Part shown: one piece after another, positions 18,056 through 28,522 of the stretch | Position numbering within the stretch: the first letter of the stretch is position 1 | Layout: the number at the start of each line of letters is the position of its first letter | DNA from: a virus | Lineage: Duplodnaviria > Caudoviricetes | Length of the DNA stretch: 64,000 nucleotides | Virus record (IMG/VR): IMGVR_UViG_2921473944_000002 | Coordinates: 53,340 to 117,339 of that record | Direction: 5' to 3' (one strand) | The notes under the pieces: generated by a model | Databases searched by the model: none | What the model saw: only the letters and a program-made list of their open reading frames with translations | What the model was told of the DNA's origin: nothing | Position numbers and translations under genes: made by a program

Positions 18056-18430
18056 TTTTGCCCGGTTGAGATAACATACCACGGCTGTGAGTAGCGGTCG
18101 GATTCCAAGGTGGATATATAAGATGATATGTTGTGGTTGGTGCATATTATTTTTTATATATCTGGGCGTAAAAGAAATAGAGGTTAGGTAGCGTTGCACT
18201 ATCGAAGCGAGACGATGAGCTATCGCGAGGCGTAAGGCATTGCCTCAAAAGAGTCGTTATTCCTTCTCTGACTCTGAAATACCTTGGTAAGCTAAGGCGG
18301 GAAACACTAATCCCCCTGCTCCCCGGTAAGAAAGACTGAAAAGACTGTCGGCGACATACTTGACATGTTGTTGTAGTTAGAATATCGCCATGCGTAAAGG
18401 TGTTGGGTGAGGTCGGGAGTGGAGTTACTT
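18056..18430 (+). ncRNA. unassigned structured intergenic RNA candidate
   Basis: GC-richer gap without a + strand ORF; stems ttttgcccgg/ctgggcgtaaaa, gatatataagatgatatg/catattattttttatatatc, gaggc/gcctc. Confidence 0.4.
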
Positions 18431-18474
18431 ATGCAATAGATTTGAAAAGAATAAACATATATGAGGTGAAAATC

Positions 18475-20688
18475 ATGAGAGTTTTGTTGTTATTAAGAGG
18501 AAGTGCGGGATGCGGGAAATCAACATGGATTGAACAGCATGGTTTAAAGCAGTATGCATTATCTGCTGATGATATCAGAATGATGTGTTCAAGTCCTCAG
18601 ATGATGCCAGACGGAACACATGCAATCAATCAGGCAAATGACGGAGTGGTGTGGAAGACACTGTTTAATATTCTGGAAACTAGAATGAGAAATGGGGAGT
18701 TTACAGTAATTGATGCCACAAACTCCAAAACAGCAGAGATGAATAGATACAAGAAGATGTGCGACGACTACAGATATAGAATGTATTGCGTTGATTTTAC
18801 CACAATTCCTATTGAAGTCACAAAAGAAAGAAACCGTGGACGGCAGGAATTGAAAAGAGTGCCGGAAGAAGTAATCGATAAGATGTATGCGAGATTTGAG
18901 ACACAGAAAATTCCATCAGGAATCAAGGTTATTAAGCCAGATGAGTTAAACGCTGTTTTGGTGAAGTTGAAAGATGAAATATTTCCGTACTTCTTTTCTT
19001 TGATGTGTTTGTTGCGACGTAATTCAAAAATCCATTCCCCGACAGAATCCGCATTAGGCTCTAACTTCTCTGGCTCTCTAAATACGGTATTCTGTACCTC
19101 GACAGGAACGAAAGACCCATCGTTATCGAGAATAGCTGCTCTAAGATTTCCACCAAACTCGACTCTTCCTTCAAGATTGAAGACATGATCGTTGACTTTT
19201 ACTGGAAGACCTTTGGTATTTCTATGACCATGAACCTGATAGAATCCATCACCCATCTTTTCAGCAAATGTAGATGCGACCTGTTCTGCGTCATTGTATC
19301 TTCCAACACCTTTAATCATCTGACTTGTGGCAACTGTGGTTAAATTATCCGGGATAAAACTCAAACCCGCATGTGTTGCAAGCACTGTTTTTCCACGAAA
19401 TTCATAGTAAGCACACTGTCCCATTCTTCTGTAAAGCTTTCTGATTGACTTCTTGTCGATTTCAGCATCTTCGATCTCGGCTTTTGTATGGAACTCAAAT
19501 TCCTTTGAATTACTTACTTTATCATGCGCCCAGTCCCATAACCACCGTTCGTGATTTCCTTCAAGCAGTAAAACATTCGGCTTATCGCAGGTTGAAAGGA
19601 GAAATTTCAGGACATCAGCATTTTCGATGCCGCGATCTGTATAATCTCCGCAGAAAATATAAAACTCATCATCTTTAAAACCGCCATTCATCTCGAAATA
19701 TGTATCCAGCGCAGTCATACATCCATGAATATCTCCAATGTGATGAATGCGCTTGTACTGGTTCAAATCAAATTTCTTCATAAATACAGCGTTTTATGAT
19801 GGTATTTGGGATTCTCAGACTACAAAGGCGAGAGGTTTGTATATTGATATTCCAAAGCAGAAAATAGTAGCCAGAGCATATGATAAGTTCTTCAATGTGA
19901 ATGAACGACCAGAGACAAAACTTGAAATGCTGCAGGATAAACTGTCATTCCCGGTGAGAGTGTATGTTAAGGAGAATGGATATCTTGGAATTGTTGCAAA
20001 TAATCCAGAAACAGGAGAACTGTTTGTAACTACGAAATCCAATCCGGAAGGATCATTCGCAGAATGGTTTATGGAGGCGCTTCAGAAACAGCTCGGAACA
20101 GAAACACTCAACAAGGTAAATGAGTATTCAAAAGAGCACAATGTATCCTTCGTGTTTGAAAACGTAGATATGGAACGCGATCCACACATCATTAAATATC
20201 CAGAAAGTAAAGTATTTCTTCTTGATATTGTGGTAAACGATATGAATTTCCAGAAGCTGAATTATGAGGATATGTGCAATGTTGCTGACTCAATGAACAT
20301 TCCTCACAAAGAGCTTGGTTATGAGATTGATACATGGCAGGAGTTCTTTGATTGGTATAACGAAGTAATGGCAGAAGATTATAGATACAATGGAAGACTT
20401 ATTGAAGGATTTGTTGTAGAGGATTCGAATGGATATATGGTCAAGCTGAAATTAGCATACTACCATTTTTGGAAGTTCATGAGATCTATTGCTCATGAGG
20501 CAATTAGAAAAGGATATATTGATCCAAAAAGAACGGCTGCACTTGTAACGCCTGTTGCAAATCAGTTCTATGCCTGGGTGAAAACACTTCATGATTCGGA
20601 AGATTTGGACAGCGTTCCGAGGGATATCTGCACACTGAGAGATATGTTTTACGAATCAGATTCAGGCAAGAAATTCAAATATGAATAG
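18475..20688 (+). CDS. polynucleotide kinase-phosphatase-RNA ligase (Pnkp-like), interrupted by an internal inversion
   Basis: GSAGCGKST kinase on +; GDIHGC/GDYTDRG/GNHE phosphatase on -; KENG, FE, EGFV, KLK ligase on +; re-inversion gives one 737-aa frame. Confidence 0.85.
18948..19794 (-). other. inverted segment bounded by inverted repeats (phosphatase domain)
   Basis: aaacgctgt (18948-18956) and acagcgttt (19786-19794), within a 17/21 imperfect IR. Confidence 0.85.
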
Positions 20689-20701
20689 GAGATGATTATT
20701 C

Positions 20702-20809
20702 ATGACGGTAGTTATTGTCGGAGCGGTTTGTTTCGGTGTCGGTCTTTTGACCGGCGTCGGACTTGTTTGTCTAGTCAGTATAGACAGAGTAAACCGTGAG
20801 AACAATTGA
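20702..20809 (+). CDS. 35-aa membrane peptide
   Basis: MTVVIVGAVCFGVGLLTGVGLVCLVS...; AGGAG RBS; below the ORF-track cutoff. Confidence 0.5.
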   Translation: MTVVIVGAVCFGVGLLTGVGLVCLVSIDRVNRENN

Positions 20810-20837
20810 TGAAGAATTTAGATAAAGGAGGACAATT

Positions 20838-21479
20838 ATGAATTTAAAAGAAGCGTTTAGATACCAGAATTTTTTGGATAGAATTTTTGGAGCAGCTTGT
20901 GTTAGTATTGAGAAAAGAGACCACTGTCTAACTCAGACAAGAAATCATCTTTATAATAAGGTGAATCCAGATATGGAAAATGTCAAAGAAGAGGTCAAAA
21001 CAGAAGAAGATTTCTTTGCGAATGATGATGTGATTCAGGCGATGTTATTTCTGATTGAAGAAAAGGAAAAGCTTTCAATTGCAATCAATAAAGCAAAGGA
21101 ATCCATTGATATGGATATTGATGCTGCGGTATCTGTTAATAAGTATAGACAGTTGCTTAATAAGTCCGTTGCTTTTATGATGCGATTAAACCCATGCACT
21201 CGAATCGAAACAGGAATCGCACAGAAGTTCAATTCAACAGGTGATCCAGTAGATTATAAATATGATGTAGAGGTTACGAGTGTCGAAGCCTATGACAGAA
21301 AAGCTGCAAAGAAGATTATGAAAAAAGTAATCTCGGAGGCAGACAAAACATCAGCAGCTATTGACTTTGTAAAGGTAAACACTACAGTCGATTATACACC
21401 TGTATTCGATGTAAATGATTCATTTGAAGATGTGATGAATACATTTTTAGAGATGCAGGGAAATAAAGAACAGAAGTAG
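20838..21479 (+). CDS. hypothetical helical protein
   Basis: AAGGAGG RBS. Confidence 0.75.
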   Translation: MNLKEAFRYQNFLDRIFGAACVSIEKRDHCLTQTRNHLYNKVNPDMENVKEEVKTEEDFFANDDVIQAMLFLIEEKEKLSIAINKAKESIDMDIDAAVSVNKYRQLLNKSVAFMMRLNPCTRIETGIAQKFNSTGDPVDYKYDVEVTSVEAYDRKAAKKIMKKVISEADKTSAAIDFVKVNTTVDYTPVFDVNDSFEDVMNTFLEMQGNKEQK

Positions 21480-21485
21480 GGAGCC

Positions 21486-21966
21486 ATCGGCTCTCTGATT
21501 TGGGCAGTAATTTAGGACGGTATAATATCAGTGTCTGACAGTACATAACTGTTAGTCTTCAGCGATGGAGACTTATAATGCAGGAAACATCTTTTAGATG
21601 TTTACAATAAATCTAAGTAAAAGAATATTGAATTTCTAGCGAAATTTGACTGGTTTCTCCAAATGTTTTGCTATGCGTTACATGCCATAACACGATAAAT
21701 TCATAATCATATAACACCAATATATAGCATACATCATGCATTAAGTATTTGCCATGCGACACAGATATGCTATTTTCTTTCAAAGGATAAAGGATATTGA
21801 ATTTAATTTAGTTAAAGACACATATGGTAAATAAAAATTGAAAACATGTACGATTATTTGGTTATAATGACTGATAATGGTATTTTGCAATTTTTGGTTG
21901 CGTAGCTCATAGAGCATTTCTGATATTCATATTAGAATAAATTGCTGTTCAAATCAGGGAGCTGAT
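21486..21966 (+). ncRNA. ~480-nt RNA candidate closed by a 28-bp terminal helix
   Basis: 21486-21513 pairs with 21939-21966; all five non-Watson-Crick positions are G-U on the + strand. Confidence 0.65.
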
Positions 21967-21983
21967 AGAAAGAGGTATATAAT

Positions 21984-22445
21984 ATGGAAACATTTGTAGG
22001 TGTTCAATTGAAGTCCGATTCAACATTAGCCTATTGGTTCTCTGTCCCGGAAGAGTTGCGAGAGGATATCCGCATGGGTTGCAACGTGATATGTACAACT
22101 GTAAGAGGAAACCCAGAAGGAAAAATTGTGAAGATTCTTGATGGAATAAGCAACAATGATGCTTTGAAAATTATACCGGAGCGGTACTTTCCTTTAAAAG
22201 AAATTATAGCTGTTTCAAGACAGTATGATCTCAAAGATATTTATATTCCGATGGAATTAGAGATGGTGTCGATTAAGCCAGAGGATATAGCAAATCGTAT
22301 GAAAGAATTTTATGATACAGGTAGATTTTCAAAAGTAATTGTGAAATCTGGCGGTCAGTTAGTTGATGGATACGATGCTGTTCTTGTGGCGAGAATGTTT
22401 GGACACGATTCGATACTGGGATGGACGTTAAAATTCGACGAATGA
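21984..22445 (+). CDS. two-domain protein with ParB-like C-terminal domain
   Basis: VIVKSGGQLVDGY motif; domain order swapped relative to 10705-11163. Confidence 0.55.
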   Translation: METFVGVQLKSDSTLAYWFSVPEELREDIRMGCNVICTTVRGNPEGKIVKILDGISNNDALKIIPERYFPLKEIIAVSRQYDLKDIYIPMELEMVSIKPEDIANRMKEFYDTGRFSKVIVKSGGQLVDGYDAVLVARMFGHDSILGWTLKFDE

Positions 22446-22458
22446 TAGGGGTGATAAA

Positions 22459-22674
22459 GTGATTGATGCGTGTTTGCAATTGATTGTATCAATTATAGCT
22501 TTACTATGCATAATCTTGGTAATTAAGGCTATATCAAACAATCCAGATGCAAGATGTCAATACGGCAATTGTGATGAATGCCCATTCCCTAGATGCAGAA
22601 AGGAGATGCGCAAACATGGGCGTATACATAACAGGAGATTGCCACGGAGAATGGCAAAAACTCATTTATTATAG
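22459..22674 (+). CDS. small membrane protein
   Basis: N-terminal TM helix, Cys cluster. Confidence 0.45.
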   Translation: MIDACLQLIVSIIALLCIILVIKAISNNPDARCQYGNCDECPFPRCRKEMRKHGRIHNRRLPRRMAKTHLL

Positions 22675-23377
22675 CAGATGCAAAAATCTCACTGACAAGG
22701 ATTTTATTATTGTATGTGGAGACTTTGGGATTTGGAATGATTCTGACGGATACGAGACGATGAAATTAAATATGTTATCTAAAATTAAACCAATGGTAGT
22801 GTTCGTTGATGGAAATCATGAAAATTTTGACAGACTTTATAGTGATGAATTTGAGACGGTTGATTTTTGTGGTGGTAAGGCGCAGAAAATTAGAGATAAT
22901 ATATATCATCTACTTAGGGGATATGTATTTGAATTCTGCGGAAAGAAATTCTTTGCCTTTGGAGGGGCTAGTAGTCATGATATAGATGACGGTATTCTTA
23001 ATCCAGATGAGTATGAATGTTGGCATGATTTTATGGAAGTTGTAAATGAGTGGGATAAGAAGAGAATGATGTTCCGCATCAAAGGGATGTCTTGGTGGGA
23101 AAGAGAACTCCCGACAGAAGAGGAAATGAATTTTGGAAAAGAGATGCTTGTTGAAAATGATAATGAAGTTGATTTTATCATTTCACATTGTTGTCCGCAA
23201 CAGATTGCAGCTCTGTTTTCTCATGGCATGTACAAGCAAGATGCGCTGACAAATTATTTCGATGAGATTATGGATAATACGAAGTTTACCCGGTGGTATT
23301 TTGGTCATTACCATGATGACAGAACTATTATGGGTAAATTCATCATGCTATATGACTCATTTGAAAGAGTGGTGTAG
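22616..23377 (+). CDS. calcineurin-like metallophosphoesterase
   Basis: TGDCHG, CGDFG, DGNHE, SHCCP, FGHYH motifs. Confidence 0.9.
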   Translation: MGVYITGDCHGEWQKLIYYSRCKNLTDKDFIIVCGDFGIWNDSDGYETMKLNMLSKIKPMVVFVDGNHENFDRLYSDEFETVDFCGGKAQKIRDNIYHLLRGYVFEFCGKKFFAFGGASSHDIDDGILNPDEYECWHDFMEVVNEWDKKRMMFRIKGMSWWERELPTEEEMNFGKEMLVENDNEVDFIISHCCPQQIAALFSHGMYKQDALTNYFDEIMDNTKFTRWYFGHYHDDRTIMGKFIMLYDSFERVV

Positions 23378-23378
23378 G

Positions 23379-23978
23379 ATGGAGGTTAAAATTAGTAGCG
23401 GAAATTCAAAGCTTGGCAAGATTCCAAGCGTATCGTTACCAGCAGGGATTACCTGTAGAAATGATTGTGAATGCAGCAAGAAGTGTTATGCGAAAAAGCT
23501 GGAGAGATTACGGAGAACCGTAAGAGAAGCATATCAACATAATTACGATTTGCTGAAAAATAAACCAGATGTGTATTGGAGAGAGGTCGAGGCGTCAATT
23601 ATGATGTCTCGATTTTTTAGATTCCATGTTTCTGGAGATATCCCTGATGAGGAGTATTTGATACATATGATTGAAGTAGCTGAAAGAAATCCGCATTGTG
23701 AGATTCTATGTTTCACAAAGAAGTATGAGATTGTAAATAAAATACTACTTTTATATCCGATTCCAGCCAATTTACATTTGATTTTAAGTGGATGGGTAGG
23801 ATTTAAAATGGAGAACCCTCTTAATCTGCCAGAAGCTCATGTAAGGTATAGAGATGGGACAACAACGGCAAAAGAAGATGCGGTTGAATGTGCAGGCAAT
23901 TGTACTGAATGTGCGATTACTGATGGCGGATGTTGGTCTTTGCAAAATGGAGAGCAGGTTGTTTTTAATGAACATTAG
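23379..23978 (+). CDS. Gp88-like / radical-SAM-like Cys-rich phage protein
   Basis: GNSKLG..SLPAG.TC...C...CYA, FRFHVSGD, C..NCTEC...C motifs. Confidence 0.7.
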   Translation: MEVKISSGNSKLGKIPSVSLPAGITCRNDCECSKKCYAKKLERLRRTVREAYQHNYDLLKNKPDVYWREVEASIMMSRFFRFHVSGDIPDEEYLIHMIEVAERNPHCEILCFTKKYEIVNKILLLYPIPANLHLILSGWVGFKMENPLNLPEAHVRYRDGTTTAKEDAVECAGNCTECAITDGGCWSLQNGEQVVFNEH

Positions 23979-23981
23979 GAG

Positions 23982-24323
23982 GTGATGAAATTGAATAGGG
24001 ATAAACGTAGAAAATTTATTAAGGAAGCGAAAAAGAAAGGGATCCCAAAGGAGTATATTGATGCTTACCTTACTATGATGAATAGCAATGAGACAAATGA
24101 CGAAATCAAAGAGAATGAAAAAGTTATGGTGAATGTTGAACGTGTTACATCATCCAAAAATTACGATTCAATGAATGGCAGATATAAAGAATTCATTCAG
24201 AATTGTATTGGTCAGATCTTTACAGCTCATATAGAAGACAATGGTCTAATCAGCCTTAAAGAAAATCCAGAATGGTTGTTTTGGGGCGGAGATTTAATTA
24301 AATGCAGAGGAGATGACGTTTAA
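23982..24323 (+). CDS. hypothetical protein
   Basis: AGGAGG RBS. Confidence 0.6.
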   Translation: MMKLNRDKRRKFIKEAKKKGIPKEYIDAYLTMMNSNETNDEIKENEKVMVNVERVTSSKNYDSMNGRYKEFIQNCIGQIFTAHIEDNGLISLKENPEWLFWGGDLIKCRGDDV

Positions 24324-24333
24324 CTGATAAAAT

Positions 24334-24615
24334 TTGATTATGGAGGTGGTCAAAACGGATGCTGTAGAAACACTGAAAAAAGAGCTATGCAAATTTGCAA
24401 GTAATAAACTACATGCAAGCTATGCAGATCTTCTATCAATTATAAGTATCATTGACAAATATAACACTCATGCCGGAGTAATAGAAGGAATTCCAATTGA
24501 TTGCATTACCATACATAATCGAGTGCTTGCTCTTAGGTACGATGAAAATTACACACTTGATGATGTGAGATGTACAGGCATCCATTTTACGAAGGCAGAG
24601 CTTGGAATTGGCTGA
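24334..24615 (+). CDS. hypothetical protein
   Basis: ORF in the co-oriented run; start uncertain. Confidence 0.45.
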   Translation: MIMEVVKTDAVETLKKELCKFASNKLHASYADLLSIISIIDKYNTHAGVIEGIPIDCITIHNRVLALRYDENYTLDDVRCTGIHFTKAELGIG

Positions 24616-24737
24616 ATGAAGAAATAATGCGTAATTTCCAATTAAATATATAGAGAAATATATTCGGTCATGAATGATGAGCGTGCAGAAATGTATGTCT
24701 CATCATTTTTTGATAAATAAAAGAAAGGAGAAAACTA

Positions 24738-27329
24738 ATGAATGGATTAAGTAGCAAGGAGGTTTTAGATAGCAGAAAACTTCACGGGAGTAATAAGCTA
24801 CCGGAACCGAAAATGAAGAAGTGGTATGACTTTGCAAAAGAAGCACTGAGCGAGAAGATCACAATGATTCTTATTGCAATTGCTGTTTTGCAGTTATTCC
24901 TCGGATTCATGGGAGTAATGGAACTTTCTGATCCGATCATGATTCTTGTGGTACTTGCAATCGTGACAGCGATTGCTGTAAAGACTGGACTTGGTGTTCA
25001 GAAGTCAGCAGCAGAGTTGCGAGCAAAGACGTCGGTCAGGTACTGCGATGTAATTCGTGATGGGAAAGTTCAGACAATCAACAAGGATGAGTTGGTTGTT
25101 GGAGATTTAGTATGTGTAGGTATGGGACAGGAGATTTTCGCCGATGGTTATATTGTAGATGGAAAAATCTCAGTGAATAATGCAGCAATCAATGGAGAGA
25201 CAAAAGAGTGTAAGAAGACGCCGATTCAAGGATACATACACGCAAAAACTACATCAACATCTGCATATACAAACCCGAACTGCTTGTTTGCAGGAACTAC
25301 GGTTATGTCAGGCGAGGGCAAGATGATTGTCACAGATGTGGGCGTAAATACAGTCAACGGGGATACGATGGTTAAGATGCAGACATTGGAATCTCCAAAA
25401 ACAGCTCTTGATATCGCACTCGATAATTTGAGTGACTTTATTTCAAAATGGGGAACCGTCGCAGCTGTGGTAACATTTGCAGTTTTAACAATGACTGGCA
25501 TCATGAGTGTTGGGTTCAGCAACTATTTCGGAGGACATGTTTTAGATGTGATCAAGAAAATCGCACAGAATTTCTCTGTCGCATTAACAATTATTGTAGC
25601 AGCAGTTCCGGAGGGACTTCCACTGATTGTAAAACTCGTAACAAAGCAAAATGTTCGGACGATGGAGACGTTTAATATTCTGGCGAAGAATCCAGGCAAA
25701 ATTCCAGAGCTTGCTTACGTGGATATTATTTGTACGGATAAGACTGGTACGCTTACAACCGGAGTCATGACTCCAAAGAAAATAATCGATGCATTTGTAG
25801 ATGAAGTCGATGAGTCATCTGAATTATGGAAAGCTATGGTCAATAATATCTGTGTCAATAACAGTGCGGTGTTTGATGGCAATGGAGAAATTACTGGAGG
25901 TAATTCTATTGACCGTGCGGTATTAACTTTGACGGATTCTGAAGAGTATGGGAAAATCGGGAATGACTTACAGGTCAAAGCGAAACAGGTCTTCAATAGT
26001 TCTAATAAATATTCCGCAGTAAGTTGTTCAAATGAAGTTACCTATTATAAAGGTGCTCCAGAAAAACTCATTGAGCATTGCACGACAGCTCTTGGAGATG
26101 GGATTCAGACGTTTACAGACATCGATAAAATCAGACTGCTTGAGAACATTAAAGAAATGACAACGAAGTCAATGAGGTGCATTGCTCTTACACAGTCGAA
26201 GGAAGAACTTGTTGAGAATGAACTTCCAAATAACATGACATTATTAGGAATTATCGGAGTTGTAGATCCGGTGAGAGAGGAAGTTCCAAATGCAGTAGCA
26301 ATGGCTCATAAAGCAGGTATTCAGGTAATCGAGATTACAGGGGATTGTCTTGAAACTGCACAGGCAGTAGCTGCTGAATGCGGTATCTATATGCCGGGTG
26401 ATTTAGCCATTACAAATGATGAATTTGAATCGATGTCAGACGACGAGGTTAAGAGTATTATTCCACGATTGAGAGTTATTTCCAGATGTTCACCGAACAC
26501 AAAGCTGAGATTGGTAACTCTTGCACAGGAGATTGGGAAATCTGTGGCAATGACAGGTGACGGAGTGAATGATTCTCCAGCGTTGAAGAGAGCAGATGTT
26601 GGATTTGGAATGCAAGGTGGGTCTGACGTGGCGAAAGAAGCGTCAGATATCGTATTGACTGATGATAACTTTGCAAGTGTTGTCAAAGCAGTAGAGCTTG
26701 GAAGAACGTTCATGCATAACATCATGATGTTTCTTGAATTCCAGCTCCCAATCAACATTGCACTTTTGATTTTGAGTGTGATTTATCCAATGATTGCAAC
26801 AGGAGCGCTGCTTGCATCAGTTCAGATTTTAATTATCAACATTATTATGGACTCTTTGAATTCACTGTCATTTGGTGGCGAACCTCCAAAAGAGGAGTAT
26901 ATGTCAGAGAAACCTATTAAAAAAGGTTCTGGACTTTTTATTCGAGGAGCAAAAAAACGGATTGCAATTAGTACAGCAGCCTTTATTGCACTGTACGGAA
27001 TTATCACATTTAGTCCAGTATCAAATATGTTTGCTTCAGATGCTGAATCTATGACAGCAAGATTCGCATTGCTATGTTTTATGGCAGTGTTCAATGGATT
27101 TAATATTCGTACTGAACATATGAACTTATTCAAAGGCATTGGAAAAAACAAGCTGTTTGCGTATATTGCAATTGGCATTTTTGCAATGACGGTTATTTTG
27201 TGTGATTTTGTAGGAACTCTTATCAAAGCAACACCGCTTGATGTGATGCATTGGTTAGTAATTATTGCAATCGCATTTTTAGTTATCCCAGTCGATCTTG
27301 TAAGAAAGGCTGTTGATAATAGAAAGTAA
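24738..27329 (+). CDS. P-type (Ca2+-type) ATPase
   Basis: PEGLP, DKTGTLT, KGAPE, TGD, TGDGVNDSPALK motifs; multiple TM helices. Confidence 0.95.
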   Translation: MNGLSSKEVLDSRKLHGSNKLPEPKMKKWYDFAKEALSEKITMILIAIAVLQLFLGFMGVMELSDPIMILVVLAIVTAIAVKTGLGVQKSAAELRAKTSVRYCDVIRDGKVQTINKDELVVGDLVCVGMGQEIFADGYIVDGKISVNNAAINGETKECKKTPIQGYIHAKTTSTSAYTNPNCLFAGTTVMSGEGKMIVTDVGVNTVNGDTMVKMQTLESPKTALDIALDNLSDFISKWGTVAAVVTFAVLTMTGIMSVGFSNYFGGHVLDVIKKIAQNFSVALTIIVAAVPEGLPLIVKLVTKQNVRTMETFNILAKNPGKIPELAYVDIICTDKTGTLTTGVMTPKKIIDAFVDEVDESSELWKAMVNNICVNNSAVFDGNGEITGGNSIDRAVLTLTDSEEYGKIGNDLQVKAKQVFNSSNKYSAVSCSNEVTYYKGAPEKLIEHCTTALGDGIQTFTDIDKIRLLENIKEMTTKSMRCIALTQSKEELVENELPNNMTLLGIIGVVDPVREEVPNAVAMAHKAGIQVIEITGDCLETAQAVAAECGIYMPGDLAITNDEFESMSDDEVKSIIPRLRVISRCSPNTKLRLVTLAQEIGKSVAMTGDGVNDSPALKRADVGFGMQGGSDVAKEASDIVLTDDNFASVVKAVELGRTFMHNIMMFLEFQLPINIALLILSVIYPMIATGALLASVQILIINIIMDSLNSLSFGGEPPKEEYMSEKPIKKGSGLFIRGAKKRIAISTAAFIALYGIITFSPVSNMFASDAESMTARFALLCFMAVFNGFNIRTEHMNLFKGIGKNKLFAYIAIGIFAMTVILCDFVGTLIKATPLDVMHWLVIIAIAFLVIPVDLVRKAVDNRK

Positions 27330-27343
27330 GGAGGTATAAGGAA

Positions 27344-27922
27344 ATGTCAATTAATTTAGTGAAGGGTCAGAAAATTGACCTTACAAAAGGAAATGCAGGA
27401 CTCAAGAAAGTAGTCTTTGCGCTTGGATGGGATACAAATAGATATGATGGAGATGCAGAATTTGATCTTGATGTATCTGCATTCTTTACAGATGATTCAG
27501 GGAAGGTAACAGGGGAGCAGGATTTTGTGTTCTACGGACAGCCGCAGCATCCTAGCGGAGCGCTTACATATTCCGGAGATAATAGAACAGGGGCTGGTGA
27601 TGGAGATGATGAAACAATGGTTGTTGAACTGGATAAAATTCCAGCAAATATCTCTAAGATTAGCTTTGCTACTACTATCTACGATGCTGAAAACAGATTA
27701 CAGAATTTTGGCATGGTAGACAATTCATACATTAGAGCATATGATGCCGAAACAAATGAAGAATTGTTCAAATATGAATTAAACGAAGACTTTTCTTTGG
27801 AAACAGGGGTTGTAGCAGGTGAACTGTACCGTAGAAATGGAGAATGGAAATTCAACGCAGTTGGCTCTGGATTTGCCGGAGGTCTTTCGGCAGTCGGTCG
27901 AAATTTTGGATTGGATTTATAA
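27344..27922 (+). CDS. terD: TerD-family stress protein
   Basis: LGWD, DLD.SA, GDNRTG.GDGDDE, WKFNAVG motifs. Confidence 0.93.
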   Translation: MSINLVKGQKIDLTKGNAGLKKVVFALGWDTNRYDGDAEFDLDVSAFFTDDSGKVTGEQDFVFYGQPQHPSGALTYSGDNRTGAGDGDDETMVVELDKIPANISKISFATTIYDAENRLQNFGMVDNSYIRAYDAETNEELFKYELNEDFSLETGVVAGELYRRNGEWKFNAVGSGFAGGLSAVGRNFGLDL

Positions 27923-27939
27923 GAAGGGAGTATTTAGAT

Positions 27940-28512
27940 ATGTCAGTAAATTTGGTAAAAGGTCAGAAACTTAATCTGTCAAAAGAAGTAGCCGGTTTGA
28001 AAAAAGTAATTGTTGGTCTCGGATGGGATGCAGTAAAGCAGGGGTTATTTGGTCATCAGCCAAACATTGATTGCGACGCTTCCGCAATCATCTTAGGTAA
28101 AAAAGGAAAGTACAGAGACACTGTTTACTTCGGAAACAGATCTTCGGAACAGGGATGCGTATTCCATCATGGAGACAATCTTACAGGAGACGGAGATGGC
28201 GACGACGAACAGATTACAGTAAATTTGGAGAAAATGCCGGATGACGTAGAAAAGGTTGTTTTTGTCGTAAATATTTACGCATGTGAATCCAGAAAGCAGG
28301 ATTTTGGTCTTATTAAAAATGCCTTTATCAGACTGGTTGATAATTCGACAGGGAAAGAGATTTGCCGATATAATCTTTCTGAAGATTATGCAGGAAAAAC
28401 TGCTATGGTATTTGCTGAGGTATATAAGAAAGATGGAGAGTGGAGATTTAATGCAATCGGGCAAGGAACAAATGACACAAGTGTCAGCGAACTCGCCAAC
28501 AGATATAAATAA
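27940..28512 (+). CDS. TerD/TerZ-family protein
   Basis: [25 protein letters not shown] motifs. Confidence 0.92.
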   Translation: MSVNLVKGQKLNLSKEVAGLKKVIVGLGWDAVKQGLFGHQPNIDCDASAIILGKKGKYRDTVYFGNRSSEQGCVFHHGDNLTGDGDGDDEQITVNLEKMPDDVEKVVFVVNIYACESRKQDFGLIKNAFIRLVDNSTGKEICRYNLSEDYAGKTAMVFAEVYKKDGEWRFNAIGQGTNDTSVSELANRYK

Positions 28513-28522
28513 GGAGAGAAGT

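Noticed and set aside
18400-19781. ORFs 18400-19188 (+) and 18768-19781 (-) as independent complete genes
   Set aside because: Each reads through an inversion junction into antisense sequence; they are parts of one gene.
21550-21560. actgttagt 9-mer shared between the 480-nt RNA and the cassette core
   Set aside because: Too short and in a different pairing context; not counted as a sixth cassette.
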